A stretch of DNA of 63,666 nucleotides from an uncultured Verrucomicrobiota bacterium (GTDB lineage Bacteria > Verrucomicrobiota > Verrucomicrobiia > Limisphaerales > JAYPEY01): contig CAZFLK010000012.1 of NCBI GenBank assembly GCA_964519245.1, forward strand, positions 1-63,666, written 5' to 3'. The notes below the pieces were generated by a model, which saw only the letters and a list, made by a program, of their open reading frames with translations, was not told the origin of the DNA and made no database searches. Shown piece after piece: positions 1 through 15,000 of the stretch. Made by a program: the position numbers and the translations under genes. Numbering within the stretch: the stretch's first letter is position 1; each line of letters opens with the position of its first letter.

Positions 1-3000
1 CGCTATTTTGGCGGCGAACAGAAGTTCTTCACGGATCAGGATCCGAGGGAGCAAACGGGTGATTATCTGCGCATCGCCGGACTCGGCATGACCCAGGACG
101 TCCTGTTCAAGGGCGCGGACAGGGTCACCCTGCACCTCGGCTCCGGCAACGACGCATTTCAGGTCAAGAGCTCCGGCGTCAACGGCGACGACGCCGAGAT
201 CTTCCTCTACACCGGAGCCGGCAATGATGTGATCACGATCCGCTCGGACTACCACTCGCTGGATCACATCATCGGAACGGTTCACGTCGATGCGCAGGGC
301 GGGGATCATAACGAACTGTTGATCAGCGACGCCCATGACGCAGACGCCAATCTGGCGGCCGTCGTGACCGACCACTATGTGACCGGACTGGCTCCGGCGG
401 ACATCTTCTACACGGCCAGCGGCGGCTGGTTCGCAAGTCATTACGACGGCGGCGCGAAGAAGTTTGTCCCGTCCATCACCGTCTACGGCAGCAAAGCCGC
501 CGACACCATCGAAGTGCGCACGACGCGAAACAACCCTGGTGTCCGTGAAGTGACCGAGGTCGATGGCTGGGAGGGCGGCGACACCATCACCGTGACGCAT
601 CAGTTGCCGCGCTATCTGGTCGTGCGGGGTTACACCGGCGGGGACACCCTGAATGCCGAAGCCGCGCGGGTCGGCATCGAAATCTTCGGCCACGAAGGCG
701 ACGACATCATCACCGGCGGCAGCGGACGCGATTTGCTGGTTGGCGATGATGGTGTTGACACCATTGTCGGCAACCAGGGCGATGACGTTCTGTTCGGCGA
801 TCATGCCATCATCGAACGCGAGATGGACTTCAACCTGCAGTTGCTGCAGACGACCAATGATGGCGTTGGCGCGAACGACACCCTGTTCGGCGGCGAAGGT
901 AATGACATTCTCTTCGGCGGGACCGCGAGTGACACGCTCAGTGGCGGCGTGGGTCAGGACATTCTTCTCGGCGACGGCGGTGAGGCCCGACTGGAGTCTG
1001 GCGTCGTCGTTCGTGTGACCGCCTCGAACCACACAGGTGATGGCGGCGATACAATCGATCAGACCGGTTCCGAAGGCGCCGATATCGCATTCGGCGGCAC
1101 GGGGAATGACAAGATTTACGGCGGCTCAGTAGACGCCAGCTCCGATATTCTGGTGGGCGACAATGGCGTCGTCGTGCTGAACGAAGCTGCCAACACTCCG
1201 GCGAACTTCGATATCTACACCCATCAACCGACCTCTGGCGGCGTCGACACCATCGACGGCGGTCTTGGTGATGACTTCATCCTGGGCGGCTCCGGCGGCG
1301 ACGATGTCGCCGGAAACGACGGCGACACCCTGACCGGCGGCCCCGGCCGTGATGTGATCCTCGGCGACGGCGGTTACATCACCCGCGATGCTTCCCGCAA
1401 GGTTACCCAAATCGAATCGAAGGACACCGGCGTGGGCGGCGACGACAAGATCGACCAGACCGGAGCCGGCGGAGCGGACATTGCCATTGGCGGCGCCGGC
1501 AATGACAGGATATCCGGCGGCGAAACGGATACCGCGACCGACATCCTCCTGGGCGATAACGGCGTGGTCTACTTCAACGTCGGCGATGACGACTTCGATT
1601 ACGACGTCTCGACAACGGCCGCCTCGACCGGGGGAATCGACATCATTGACGGCGGTTGGGGCAATGACATTGTCATCGGCGGCGCCGGGGACGATACCCT
1701 GCGCGGCGGACGCGGATCCGACGCAATTCTCGGCGACAACGGCTACATCTGGCGCGACGCCGCCTTGAATGTGCGTCGCGTCGAAACGAGCGACCCCGCT
1801 GTTGGCGGCGACGACGATATTGATGAGACCGGTTTCGAAGGCGCGGATGTGATCTTCGGCGGCTCGGGCGATGATGACATTTACGGCGGCACGGCGACCG
1901 AGGGCGATGTGCTCATCGGCGACAACGGCGTCCTTGCCGGCGGTTCCCCGCTGATCGTTCCCGACGCTGCGTTGGCCGTCGGAGGCGACGTCAACGACAC
2001 CTACACCAAGGACGGAATGCACGGCGGCAACGACCGCATCTTCGGCAGCCTTGGTCCCGACACCATTATGGGCGGCTCCGGTGACGACGATCTCTTTGGC
2101 AATGCCGGCGATGACACCATCTTCGGCGACGGTGGCTATATGGACCGCAACGCCGGCGGCAGCCTGATCACGCTCCGCACGCACGAACCTCAATTCGGCG
2201 GCAACGACCAGATCGATTACATGTCCTACGACGCCGCGAACCCGCATGATCAGACCGCTATTGCGGCCATGGCCTTCACGGATGCGGCGCTGGGCAATGA
2301 CCTGATCTTCGGCGGAACCGGCGGAGACACCATTGACGCCGGTCTCGAAGCGATTTCCCATCGGATCTTCGGCGACAACGGCATGATCGACATTGCCACC
2401 GGGCAGTTGGATTCCACCGACCCCGATCACGGCGGCCCGGACGAAATCACCGGCAGCCCCCTCCGCGACTTCATCATCGGCGGCGCCGGCGGAACGGACG
2501 CGCCGGGCGTCGACGGCGACACTATCGCGGGAATGTCCGGCGATGACGTGATTCTCGGCGACGGCGGCCGTATCGTGTTCGACGCCTTCGGCGACCCGGT
2601 CACGGTGGAAACGCTGCACCCCGCCGCCGGCGGTGACGACCTGATCGATTCGATCGCCCTGCCGCCCGGCAAACGCGCCTACAATACCGAGTACAGCGCT
2701 GCGTTCGCCGGCGATGTGAACGAGGGCGCCGATCTGATCCTGGGCGGCAACGGCAATGATTTGATCGAGGGCGGCGAGGTCGACGACAGCGTGGACGTGC
2801 TGATCGGCGATAACGCCTCGGTGGAAATCGCCAAGCTTGCGGCCTATGTCTCCGTCGTCCTGTTGGACGACACCACCTTCACAATCACCGCGGCCTTCGA
2901 CGGCATTGTCACGACCTCGGCGCTGGGCGGCGACGACGACTTGCTCGGCGGTCGCGGCAACGACGTTCTGCTCGGCGGCCCGGCGAACGATCTCCTGGTC

Positions 3001-6000
3001 GGCGGCGTCGGCAACGATGTCCTGCAGGGCGAAGCCGGCATGGATGTGATGTGGGGCGGTGCGAATCTCCTCGCGGAAAGCAACTTCCGCTTTGTGGACG
3101 CCGCCGATCGTGCGACGAAGCTGGATGTGCCGCCGAACTGGGTCGCTTCCGAGGCGGCGCAACCGACCGGATTTGAGCCCGAACTCATGACGCCGAAGGC
3201 CCTGGCCGGACTGTCCGTGCAGGGCGACGTCATGGACGGGCGCGACACGCTGTTGGGTGGCCCTGATTCAGACTGGTTGTTCGGCGGCGGGGATATCGAC
3301 GGACTCTACGGCGGTCTCGGCGACGACTACCTTGACGGCGGCGTTCACAACGACTACCTCCTCGGAGGCCCCGACAACGACGTGATGCTCGGCGGCGACA
3401 ACGACGACATCATGCGCGGCGACTTCAATCTGGCCGGCGAATTCTCGACCGATGGAACGAAGTTCAAGGGCGTTGATTCCGCAGTGGAATACGAGTTTAC
3501 CACGGCGGGACGCGACCAGATGTTCGGCGGCAAGGGCAGCGACCGGATGTTCGGCGACGGCGGTCCGGACTCGCTCCGCGGCGAACGCCTCTATGGCGGC
3601 GATGACATCGACTTCCTTTATGCCTACTCGCATACGACCGGCGCCTCGACACCGGCTGAGTTCCAGGCGGAGACCCAGATCGGTGGCAGCGAACTTCACG
3701 GCGGTTCCGGTTCGGACTGGCTCTACGGCGGCATCCGGGCGGACATCCTTTACGGCGACAGCGGCGCCGAGTTCATCCACGGCGACTGGCTCTACACCCG
3801 GCGTTACGCGCCCAATCCGAACGCCGACACCCTCGGCGGCGATGACAAGCTCTTTGGCGGCGCGGGCGAGGACCAGCTGCTGGGCGGCGGCGGCAACGAC
3901 GAACTCTGGGGCGGCGCCAATTCGGACTGGCTCCAGGGCCAGGAGGGCAATGACAAGCTCTATGGCGGCGGCAACATCGACATGATCGTCCTCGACAGCG
4001 ACCCCAACTATCGCAACTTCGGCGATGTCTTCGATGGTCACTTCGGAAATCAGTTCCAGTCCGATACGCTGGATGACAATGCAACCGATATCCTGCTGAT
4101 CGAAGGCTCCGACAACCGTGACACGATCTTGATGTCAGAGGAATCCGTGATCCTCGGATCGGTCGAGGTTCCGGAAAGCGGCATGATCGCCGGACAGGCG
4201 ACCTTCACCCTGACGCTCGGCCAGATCAGTCAAACCTTCACTGATATCGATCTGAGCCTCGGCATCGACAACGCGGTGGACGCCCTGAACGTCGCGCTGC
4301 ATGCGGGCAACAGCCCGTTCTTCAATTACGAGGACGCCAATGGCAAGCGGCATGGCCATGTCGAGGCAGTGCGCCGGGGAATGAACATCGCCTTCGTCAC
4401 CCGCAATCAGGGCGACGACACCACCCTCACGCTCAGTGGCGCAAATGACTACGTTAAGAACGTGCTCGGTTTCGCCACGGCCGGCACGGGCCAGGATTCC
4501 GAAAGCTACTTGGTCGTCGACTTCTTCGTCGGCGGCGTCACCGACATCTCCTTCGATCAATGGCCGGCGCGAGGCATCACGACCTCGGCGCCAATCCATT
4601 TCGTCGCGCTGACCAAGTGGCGCTCAGCGAGCGGCGATCCGGCGGTCGAGCAGTTCCGCATCTCGGGCCTCGGCGGCAATGACACGCTCGGCTTCGTTCC
4701 GGGCGCCGCGGCCGTCGACATGACGGTCCTGAGTGACCGCAGCTTTGATTGGGCCGGCGTCGTTGATGGCGGCCCCGGCAATGACACCTTGCTCGGTTCC
4801 TCCGGCCGCGACCGACTGGATGGCGGCTTCGGCAGTGACACCATCTACGGCTTCGACGGAGACGACCGGCTCTTCGGCGATGGCGGTCCGGGTCAGGGAC
4901 TGATCGGCGACGACGATTGGTTGTTCGGCGGTTCGGGCAATGATGACCTGATCGGCGGACAGGGGACCAACCGCATCTACGCCTGGCCGATCGATCCCAA
5001 CATCGGCGGCATCAATGACACCGCCATCACGGAACTGAAGTTCGAGGACGGCTTGGAGGCGTCGGTCACCGACACGAACCGAATCGCCAGCATCCTGTCG
5101 ACAGCCGACGTGCCGGAGGACGGCATCCTCACCGCTGATGCCCACTTCGCCCTGGTTATTGGCGGGCGCTTGTTTGACGTGGTCGTGCCGAAGAGCGCCA
5201 CGGATGGTTCCGCCAACGTGGCCGATGATCCGAACGCCAACATCGACGATCTCGTCGCGGACATCAACGATGCCATTGATAACGCACTTGGAATTCCGGA
5301 TGGCGCCGACAATGGGCTGGTCCGGGCCACGCGGGCAGAAGACGCGAACGGCGGAAAATTGGACCGGATCGTTCTTTCGACGCAGGGCACAACCTTGAGC
5401 ATTACCAACTTGGGGACAGGGAATCCCGCCGCGACGCAGTGGAAGTTCGTCCAAGGGCAGTCCTCCATCGAAGGAGTCATCACCGCCTTGGATGTCGCGC
5501 CCGCCGACGGGAAGATCTCAGGCGGCGACGCCTCGCTCCAGTTGCGGAACAACAACACGGTTGCGACGTTGACCGTTTCCGTGGCGGACACCGATGACAA
5601 CGCGTCCCTCGATGATCTGGTTGACGACATCAACCTGAAGATTGCGGCATCGCCGCTGGCCGATCAGGTGAGCGCTGAGAGCAGCGGCGGACGCATCCTG
5701 TTCCGTTCGTTGACCACATCCATCAAGCTGATTTCCAAGTTCGGCGTCTACCTCAACGAGGACACCGGTCAGTATTACAACCACGACGGCAACGGCCTTT
5801 ACGCCGAGGTCGACACCGGCCTGAACCGCAACCTCGGCAGCCCGAATGACGACCTCCTGTTCGGCGGCACCGGACTGGACTTCCTCTACGGCAATGGCGG
5901 CAACGATACGCTCTACCGCGCCGACGGATCGACATTTGAATCCCTCGATGGCGGTCTCTCCGGCGATGCTTGGAAGGAATACGCGAAGGAAAGCGACAAG

Positions 6001-9000
6001 GTCTGGTACTACCGCGCCACCAACGCGGACGATGTCATCAATGTTGACTTCGTCACCGAGCCCGGCTTGTTCCAGGACCTGCATCTGATCACCCGTCTGA
6101 CGAACAACAACGGCAACTTCACCTTCGCTGCCCAGGTGAAGTTGAACTTCAACGCCACCGACGACGCCGGCAACCCGATCTGGAATCCGGTCGATGCCTA
6201 CACCGACTTCAGCGCATTGCGCATGCAGGCCGAAATGGGCGAACCGGTCGATTCCGGTAATTCCATGGCCGCCGCGAAACTCGAATACCAGCAACAGGAG
6301 ATGGAGAACAACCTCCTGCCGCCGGAGGGCGACTTCATCGCGATCATTGTCGACGCCCTGGGCGGAAACGATCAGATCAACGTCGGGCCTACCGTGCAGA
6401 AGACGGTCTGGGTCGACGCCGGCCCCGGCGACGACACGGTCCAGTTCACCTCGGGCAACGCAATCCTGAGCGACGTGGCCGAGCGGCCGCACCGCAACGA
6501 TATTCCTGACTTCGCCACCGCGCTCGGCGCCGCAGCCCTGATCGGCCGCGCGGACATCTCGGAATTGAAACTCGGCCTGGTCAGCGGCGACGTCGCGAAG
6601 TTCAACCTCGGGTTCAACGGTTCCAACGATGTCTTCGCCCTGAGCCTGCCCTTCGATGGGTTGAACGGTGTCGGCGACAACTCGACGTTGGCGCATCTGG
6701 TCGATGACGTGAATGCGGCGCTGACCTCGGCGGATTTGGCGACCCAGGTCAAGGCCGTCGCCATGGGCGGCCGATTGGCGATCATTCCCACGCTTGGCGG
6801 CAACGTGGTATCCATCCAGATCACGGCTAACGCCGACGACACGTCCGGCGCGCTCGACCAGTTGCAGTTCAAGAACGAGGACATCGCCGGCCAGGCGATC
6901 CTGCTGGCCATGGGCGACGCGCCGGTCAACGGCCAGATTCAGACGGACATTCAGTTCGGCGTGCGCCTGAACAACGGCGCGGCGGTGAACATCACCGTTT
7001 TGGCCAGCGCCACCAACGGTGAGGACGGCGAGGCCAACGCCTCCATTGACGACCTGATCGACGACCTCAACGCGGCCATCGACGAGGCCGGTCTGGAGAG
7101 CTCGTTGCGGGCCGGTCGCGTCGACAACCGCATCCGCCTTTACACCATTGCGCCAATCCAGAATCCGAGCGTCTCGCTGGTGATCCCTGAGAGCAACGCG
7201 ATGATCGATCAGCTCCACTTCGCCAACGGTCAGACCGCCAAGGCGATCTACGTGCTCTCGCGCAACACCAACCTGACCGGTCTGACCATGGACAGCGCTA
7301 CGGACGTGGATTACTTCGTCTTCCAGTTGGGGCATATCCCCGGTGGCGCGCCGCGCATTGAGCTGACCAGCGCCTCGCCGCTCGACGGCCTTGGTATCTC
7401 GATCTTTGACCTGAATCAGTTGGCGGCCAACGCCGCAGTCACCCCGGTCGCCGTCAGTCCGGACGGGCCGGACCTTGACGGCTCAGGCAACAACTCGATC
7501 GCCGACGCCTATCTGCTGCCGGATCTGCGCGACTTGGGGCGGATTACACATCTCAACCTGCACACCGATATGGATGAAGACTTCTTCCATTTCGAGTTGG
7601 AGGCGGACGCCGCGGCCGGCGACAAGATCAGTCTCCTCCAGGGCGGCTTTGAAGGGCTTCTGGAATTGGCCGTTCTGGACCAGGACGGCGCGGTCGTGAC
7701 CTCCGCGCAAACGACCCTTGAAGATGGGCCGGTCATCAGCCTCGCGCTCGATGCGCTGACCAAGGGGGATTACTACCTGCGGGTGAAGCAGGTCGCCGAC
7801 AATGATGGTTCCGGCGCCGTTGATACGGACGAACTGGACGACAACCTCGGCTTGGCTGGCGGCGACGCTTCAACGGCGGCCCTGGGTGTGGTCAATGCCA
7901 ACGGACCTCAGAATGCCTTTACCGTGCGGGCGACATCGAATGGAGCGCAGTTCAACGGAGTGAAGATCATCTTCGAAACCGGCATCGTCACCGCCGGCAA
8001 TGAAACGGCTTCCTACAACTCGACAACCAAGGAGTTGACGCTCTCGATTGAGGATGGAGCATCGACCGCAGCGCAGATCATTGCCGCCATCAAGACCGAC
8101 CCGATGGCGGCCGATTTCACCGCCGAACTCTATGATGTGGGCGGCGGCTATGAGCTCTTCCCGGCCGTCGGCGGCAACGGTTATACGATTCTCAACCTCT
8201 CGGGGCAGTCCAACAGCTCCATCTCCCTGAGCGGCTTGCAGGCCCACACGCCGTATCTGCTCAAGATCGATTCGCCCAACGAAGTGCCGACGATCTACAG
8301 CCTGAATTTCATCCTCGAGGAACCTGCTCAGGAAACGCAGACCATCAACATGGCCGCCACCGTCAACACCGTCCGCAAGGACGTCATCCTCGGCGGAACC
8401 GGCCATGACCGGTTGCAGGGCGGCAGTGGCGAGGATTGGATCTTCGGCGGTCCCGGGAATGACGTGATCACCGGCGGCCTCGATACCCAGAAGAGCGACC
8501 TCCTGTTCGGCGGGCCCGGTGACGACACTTTCCAGATCACCACCGACTACCTGCCAAGCCTGACCAACAACCCGGACGCCACTTTCATCCCGACAACCGT
8601 GGATCGACTGTTCGGCGGCGATGGCGACGACCGTGTCTTCTATCAGGGCGGCGACCTCGACAACCTGAGCCGTCCGATTCCGGACTTCGCCTCGATCCGC
8701 TACAACCGGATCCTGCACCGCTACGAATTTACGACGCTCCTTTGGGATACCGCCAACCAGGAATGGGTCGAGGAGACGTTGCCCGGTTCTTCGCTCGTCG
8801 CCGAGAATAGCCCGACCAGTGTGGACGGACGTCTGGATTCCAACACCACGTTCGAAATCGTCCTCGGCGGTGTGAACTACTCGGTCACCGTTCCGAAGAA
8901 CCTGGGCGACGGCGTTCTCGCGGGCGGCAATGTGGTCGATCTCGACAACGGAGTCAGCCGGACCTTCCGCCTGAGCCTCGGCGCCAACGCTCGATTGACC

Positions 9001-12000
9001 GTCACCGTCACCGGCACCGCCGCGGTGGATGACGCGGACGATTACGCCGCGCAGATCCGTAGCCAGATCGATGCCAGCGAACTGGCGGGGAGCGTCACCG
9101 TCGGATCGGTGGGCAACGCCGGCATGGCCCTCGAGTTCCGTGTGCAGGGCATCGTCGAGGCGGATGAATTGAGCGTCGGGTTGGCGCTCGGCTCCACCGC
9201 CGCGGACCTGGCGGATCTCGGCTTCAATGCCGCGGGCCAGAGCGCGCCGGTCAACAACTCCGCCGGCGATCTCGCCAAGGACATCAAGACGGCCATGCTG
9301 AAGGCGACCAATCAGGATACAACAATGATGGAGGATCTGACCGATCGCCTGGCCGTCGGATCCGACAAGGGCCGTCTGGTGTTCGTTACCAGTGAGCTTG
9401 CCAAGGATGACACACTCGCGATTGCGAGCGGTGGAGCTTTCGGCGACGGCGCGGCTCTCGGCCTGGCCGCCGGGCAAGAGGGCGTTGCGCGGCGCGTGTT
9501 CTCCCAGACCTACGCCTACTACCAAATCAACGAGGTTGAGCGCACGGTGATCGATCTGCGCTCTGGCAACGATGTGTTCCGCGGCGACGCTGAGTATGTC
9601 TTCCGCAACCAGGACGAGGAATGGGGCATCAAGTCCGGCGATGTGCAGCAGGGTGGAGTGATCTCCAATCTCGAGATTCATGGCGGTCCGGGCAACGACC
9701 GGCTGTTCGGCGGCCACTTCGATGACCTGATCTTCGGCAACGACGGCAATGACTTCGTGGCCGGCGGACCGGGCGATGACGTGATCGACGGCGGCCCCGG
9801 CAAGGATCTCCTCGCCGGCAACTCAACCTCTCAGCCGGACGACTTCGAATTTGTCACGCGCAACGCCGTCGATGGCCTGAATGACGACGTCAATTTTGCC
9901 TCCTTCCTGCCCGACCTGACTGCGGGTCTGGAAATCGACGGTCTGACCTTCCACGAGGGCGACCCGGGCGATTGGTACCTGATCCGCACACCGGAGCCGC
10001 TCAAGCAGTTGCTGGAGCCCGGCCAGGGCTGGCTGACTCAGGAAATGATCTCCATCGTGTTCGACGACGCCTTTGAGAACGACCTGTTCAACAACGGCGG
10101 CGGTGGACCGATCCTCGACGACCTTTCGAAGCTCGAGAACACCCGCTACTTCCTCTTTGCGGCCCAGGACACGGACGCCGGCGAGGCCTTGTCCGTCGTT
10201 CCGGTCGAGAAGTTCAGCGGTGTGCCGGAGTATTACCTCCTCCACGTCGTCAACCTCCGCGCACAGCAGGTCAAGGCCGTCGATGCCGGCCCGTCAAACG
10301 GACGCATTCAGGACCCGTCCAAGGCCGACGACGACACCGCGAAGTTCACCCTGATCCTGGACGGCGCCGCCCATGTGATCACCGTCGCCGACGACGCCGG
10401 GAACACCACGCTAGATGACCTCGTCGACGACGTTAATGCCGCCTTCGTCACGGCGAACATCGGCGACCGGGTCTTCGCCTACAATGAGCTTGGCAAGATC
10501 GTGATCAGCCGCGTGGACGCCGGTTCCATCTCCTTCACTGCGGATCCCGGAACGGCTGCCAATGTGCTGGGCTTCCTGCCCGTGGATACCAATGCGGGTC
10601 GCAACCCCGCGATGGGCGGCTACAAGATCGTGTTCAGTGAGGCCGTCGGCAAGACGATCGAAGTCGCGCCGGCCGCCGCCAACCTCACCATCAACTCGCA
10701 GTTCGCCGCCTACCGGCCGGTTGTCATTCCGCTCGGCGACATCAACGGCGACGGCTTCGGGGACTTCGTCGCCGGCATCAGCGACAACATATTCGGAACC
10801 GGGCCGACCCAGATCCGCATCTACCTCGGCGGCCACATTGATGAGGACTTCGACGGCGACGAGATCTTCGATGTCGGCGAGGACCTCAATGCCAATGACA
10901 AGTTCGACACGGCCAGCGCCTACTTCCTGAATAACTCGGACTTCACGCTCGCCCTGCCGGCGCCGGTCCTGCGCGAATCGGTCGGAGCCGACACCGCCAA
11001 GCTGCGCAGTTACTTCAGTGAGCCCGGCGATGTGAACGGCGACAATATCGACGATATCGTGGTGGCGGTTACCCGGATCGACGGCGGCGCCAGCGCTGCC
11101 GCCGCTGTCTACGTGTTGCACGGCCGGGCCGACGATCCCGCGACGCCGCAGCCGGATGGCTGGGCCGCCAATGTCGCCCTCGCCACTGCCGCGGATGTGA
11201 CCGTGGATGTGCCGGACGTGGCGACGGGCAGAATCGCAGCCGCAATCGTTGGCGACCTTAACGGCGACAACAAGGACGACCTCGCGGTCAGTCGCGACAA
11301 CACGCTCTATCTCAAGTCCGGAGCCTCCTTGATGGCGGCTGAGACCCTGACCGCTTGGACCGACAGCTACACACTGGGTGGCGGGACGCTGGGCGACTTT
11401 GGGGCTGTCGGTGATTTCAACGGCAACGGCAATGACGACTTTGGCGTCATCGATGAGACGACGGACCGGCTGCATGTCATCACGAACGAGGCCTTCACAG
11501 GCAATACCGTGGCGTTGGACGCCTCGCCGGCTGAGATGAGGTTCGATCACACAGCCGATCTGGACGGCTATTCCATCGTCGCGCTGGGCAACCTCAACAA
11601 GGATCTCGATACCGGTCGTCCGATCCAGGACTTCGGTGTCACCAGCCAGACCGGCTCCTTCGTTCTGTTGGGGCGGACGGTCAATAGGGCGATGGATCCG
11701 GATGACGCCATCGCCATCGAAGCAGGCGTCCAGCTCGTCAATGCGGGCGACTTCAATGACGACGGTTTCGACGACGTTGCGGCCGTCAAACTGGAGCGGA
11801 CTCCGCGACTGGACGAGAACGGCGGACAGTTCGTGCATTCCGTCGGAATCCTTTATCTCGGAACGATGACGGGCATAGATTCCGCCAGCCCGAACCTGGT
11901 CTTCGAACGTTCCCAGCCGAATTACCTGGCTGAGGCCGGAGCCTCGATCCCGGCGGGTCTGTTCGCCTTCGTCGGCGACGTGAACAACGTCCCGTCCGGC

Positions 12001-15000
12001 GTGGTTGCCACGGGTACGTTCACGCTTGCCGGCGACATGATCACTCTGACAGCGACCAATGCCGGGGTGGTTTACGAGAACGTGACCGTCGTGGTCAATC
12101 CGTCGCTCGGCTCCGGGCCCGTGACCGTGTCGATTAACAAGAGCGGCGGTCCGGCGGCCTATGTCATCACGGTCCATACCTTGATGGATGGCTCGACCAC
12201 GACCGCCGAGGTGGCGATGGCATTGGATACGCTGGCCGACTACAGCGCGACCGGCGGCGATGGCACGGCTTCCGGTATGACCATGGAGACTTTTGCAGGC
12301 GTCACCCAAACGGCGAAGTCCGGTGACGGTCATGCGGATCTGGTCCTGGCCGAGCAACTCGGCTCGACGCTGCGCGTCTATCATGGCGCGGAACTGGAGG
12401 ACTATTTCAACCCGCAGCCCACGCCGGCGTTTGTTCTGCCGCGTCTCTATCGCTTCGATCTTGCGCTGCCGGTCCTGTCGGCGCCGGACGCCAACAATTA
12501 CCAAGGCATCGACATCTCCGGGTCCAACGGCGTCAATAGCCACCCGGATGTCAATGAAGCCTTCGTGATCGAGGGCGTTGACGGCAATGAGCGCCTCGCC
12601 AACCTGATTCCGGTCGGTGACTTCAATGGCGACGACGCCGAAGACTTCCTCGTCTACGGCCGCCTGCGCGCCTATCTCTTCTTCGGTCCGTTCGAGACCA
12701 TCGGGCTGTCCGAGGTGACGGAGCGCGCGGATCACATCTTCGACCTCGCCGCCTTCGGTCGACCCGCCGAAAAGATGGGCGACATCAACGCGGATGGCGT
12801 TGCCGATCTCGCATTCGTTCGTTACGACGCCGGAACGACCACCACGACCGTCACCTATTTCTCAGGCGGTGTGCTGCACGAAGTTCCGCGCGTTGTTAAT
12901 GCGGTTGCCGATCTGGATCCGCGCTACACGCGTCAGATCGTCCTCAGCAATGCGGAAATCGACGGAGCCAACGCCGAGTTGCTCGTCCTGAACTTCCTCG
13001 GCGACATCAACCCGGCCAACAACGTCGCCCACTCCGACATCGTGATCGTCGGCGACACCGCTCGGAACGAGACCCTCTACGGCTACATCTTCAGCGGCGC
13101 CGATCTGAGCGCCGCGCCGCATGTCTACGGTCAGGACCAGGCCATGGCCATCAACTCCTCCAGTGGCGCCAAACGCGTCGATCTGGAATTGTTCACCTCG
13201 ACATTCAGCTCAGGAACAATCAACCAGAGCATTCCGAACTCCGGACAGGGTGCGGAGAACAACCGCCAGTCCGGTCTGATTCCGACCTCGACGGGCAGGG
13301 CCTATCCCTATATTTCGATCGATGGAGTCAATCCCGTCACTCAGGCCTTTGGCTTCCTGGTCAGGGCGGCGGGCGATCCCTACCAGACCACCAATACGAT
13401 GGCGGGCGCTGGAACCACCGCGATCTCAGACTATTCGACCGCTTCCACGACCGTGCCGGTTAGCGGCATTGCCGGCAAGGTCTTCGACGTGGATGTCCGG
13501 ATCCGGCTGAATCATACCTTTGACGGCGACCTGACCATTGTCCTGAGCGCGCCGAACGGCGGTCCTTCCATCACTTTGTTCAACCGCCACGGCGGCGGCG
13601 GTGACAATCTGGGAACGGGGACGGGCGCAAGCACGGTCTTTACGACCTTCGACGATGAGGCGCCGACCTACATCGGAAACGGCGTGGCCCCGTTTGCCTC
13701 AATCCCGTCCGCCTCAAAGTTCATTCCATACACCAGCCTCTCCGCTTTTGACAATTTGGACGGAGCGACGACGGCGGGGAGCGCGACGAACCCGAACGGC
13801 AACTGGACGCTGAGCATCACGGATAACGCCGGAGCCGACCAGGGCGCGCTCGTCGACTGGCAGTTGGTCGTCAAGGCGGAGCCCGCAGCGGCAGTGACAA
13901 CCAATACGCTGAATCTTGGAGCCAACGCCCGGACCGGCAACCTGACCGACGTCGATTTCCGGGTGGCGCTCTATCATCCCAACTTGGCCGATCTGAAAGC
14001 GGAGGTGGTCGTTCCTCGCACGAGTGGAATGACCACGACGGAGGTGGCAAGTTTCACCCTGTTTGACTTTGGCGATCTCGCCGGCAACTGGGTCTGGTAC
14101 AACTGGTTCGACACCGTGGGCGACTTCAGCGCGGCCGATTACCTGCCCTATTATGAATCCGTTCGACCCGTTGACAGCGCCGCCGCATGGAATACGGAGA
14201 TCGGAAAGGTCAATGCCTTTGACGCGATGTCCAACCTTGATTGGACGGGCGACTGGCAACTGAAACTTTCCAGCAAGACTGAGTCCGCCGGCTTCCTCTA
14301 CTTCTGGGAGGCTCTGGCCAAGACCGACGACACCATCAGTTCGGTCATCACGACCGATACCCTCGTGGGCGAGATCAACGATGTGGATGTCGTCCTCAAT
14401 GTCACCCACCCGGATGTCGGCGATCTGGAATTCATCCTGAACTACGATGGCAAGGACCAGGCGGGCATGCCGGCAAGCCGCACGGTCAATCTCGTCAATG
14501 GCAGCGCGAGTCGCGACGGCGCCAACTTCTCCGGCATCACCTTCAGCCAGGAGGACGGCGTCGCCCTGGAGAACAACACCCCGTTCTCCATGATCGTCAA
14601 ACCGGACTCCGGGACGCTCAATAGCCTCCGCGGCCTGGATCCGAACGGTGTCTGGACACTCGAAATCAAGAACGAGGCCGGCGATTACAGCGGCACCCTC
14701 GACAACTGGAGACTGAACATCACCACGAATCCGTCAGTGGCGCGTCTCGACGTGAATGGAGCGCCGGGCACGGTCTCGGATGTGAATGTCCGCGTGTCGC
14801 TGGATTACCCGACCCTCGCCAACCTGCGCCTTGAACTCTACTCACCCGAGGGCACGACGGTGGATCTGGTCCAGCAGGACGATCTGAGCGGCGCCAACCT
14901 GAGCAACATCGAGTTCAACGATGGAGCCTCGGCCTTGTCCGGAGGCGCAGCGCCCTACACCGGCGTCTTCTCGCCGAAGCAGTCCCTCAGCGCCTTCCAG

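Noticed and set aside
88-90. ATG 88 as the true start of the giant gene
   Set aside because: The frame is open to base 1, with no signal peptide or clear RBS; the gene is 5'-truncated by the window.
11986-12321. Inserted modules as inteins or introns
   Set aside because: No Cys/Ser-start and His-Asn-end splice motifs and no endonuclease or RT motifs; they look like structural domains.
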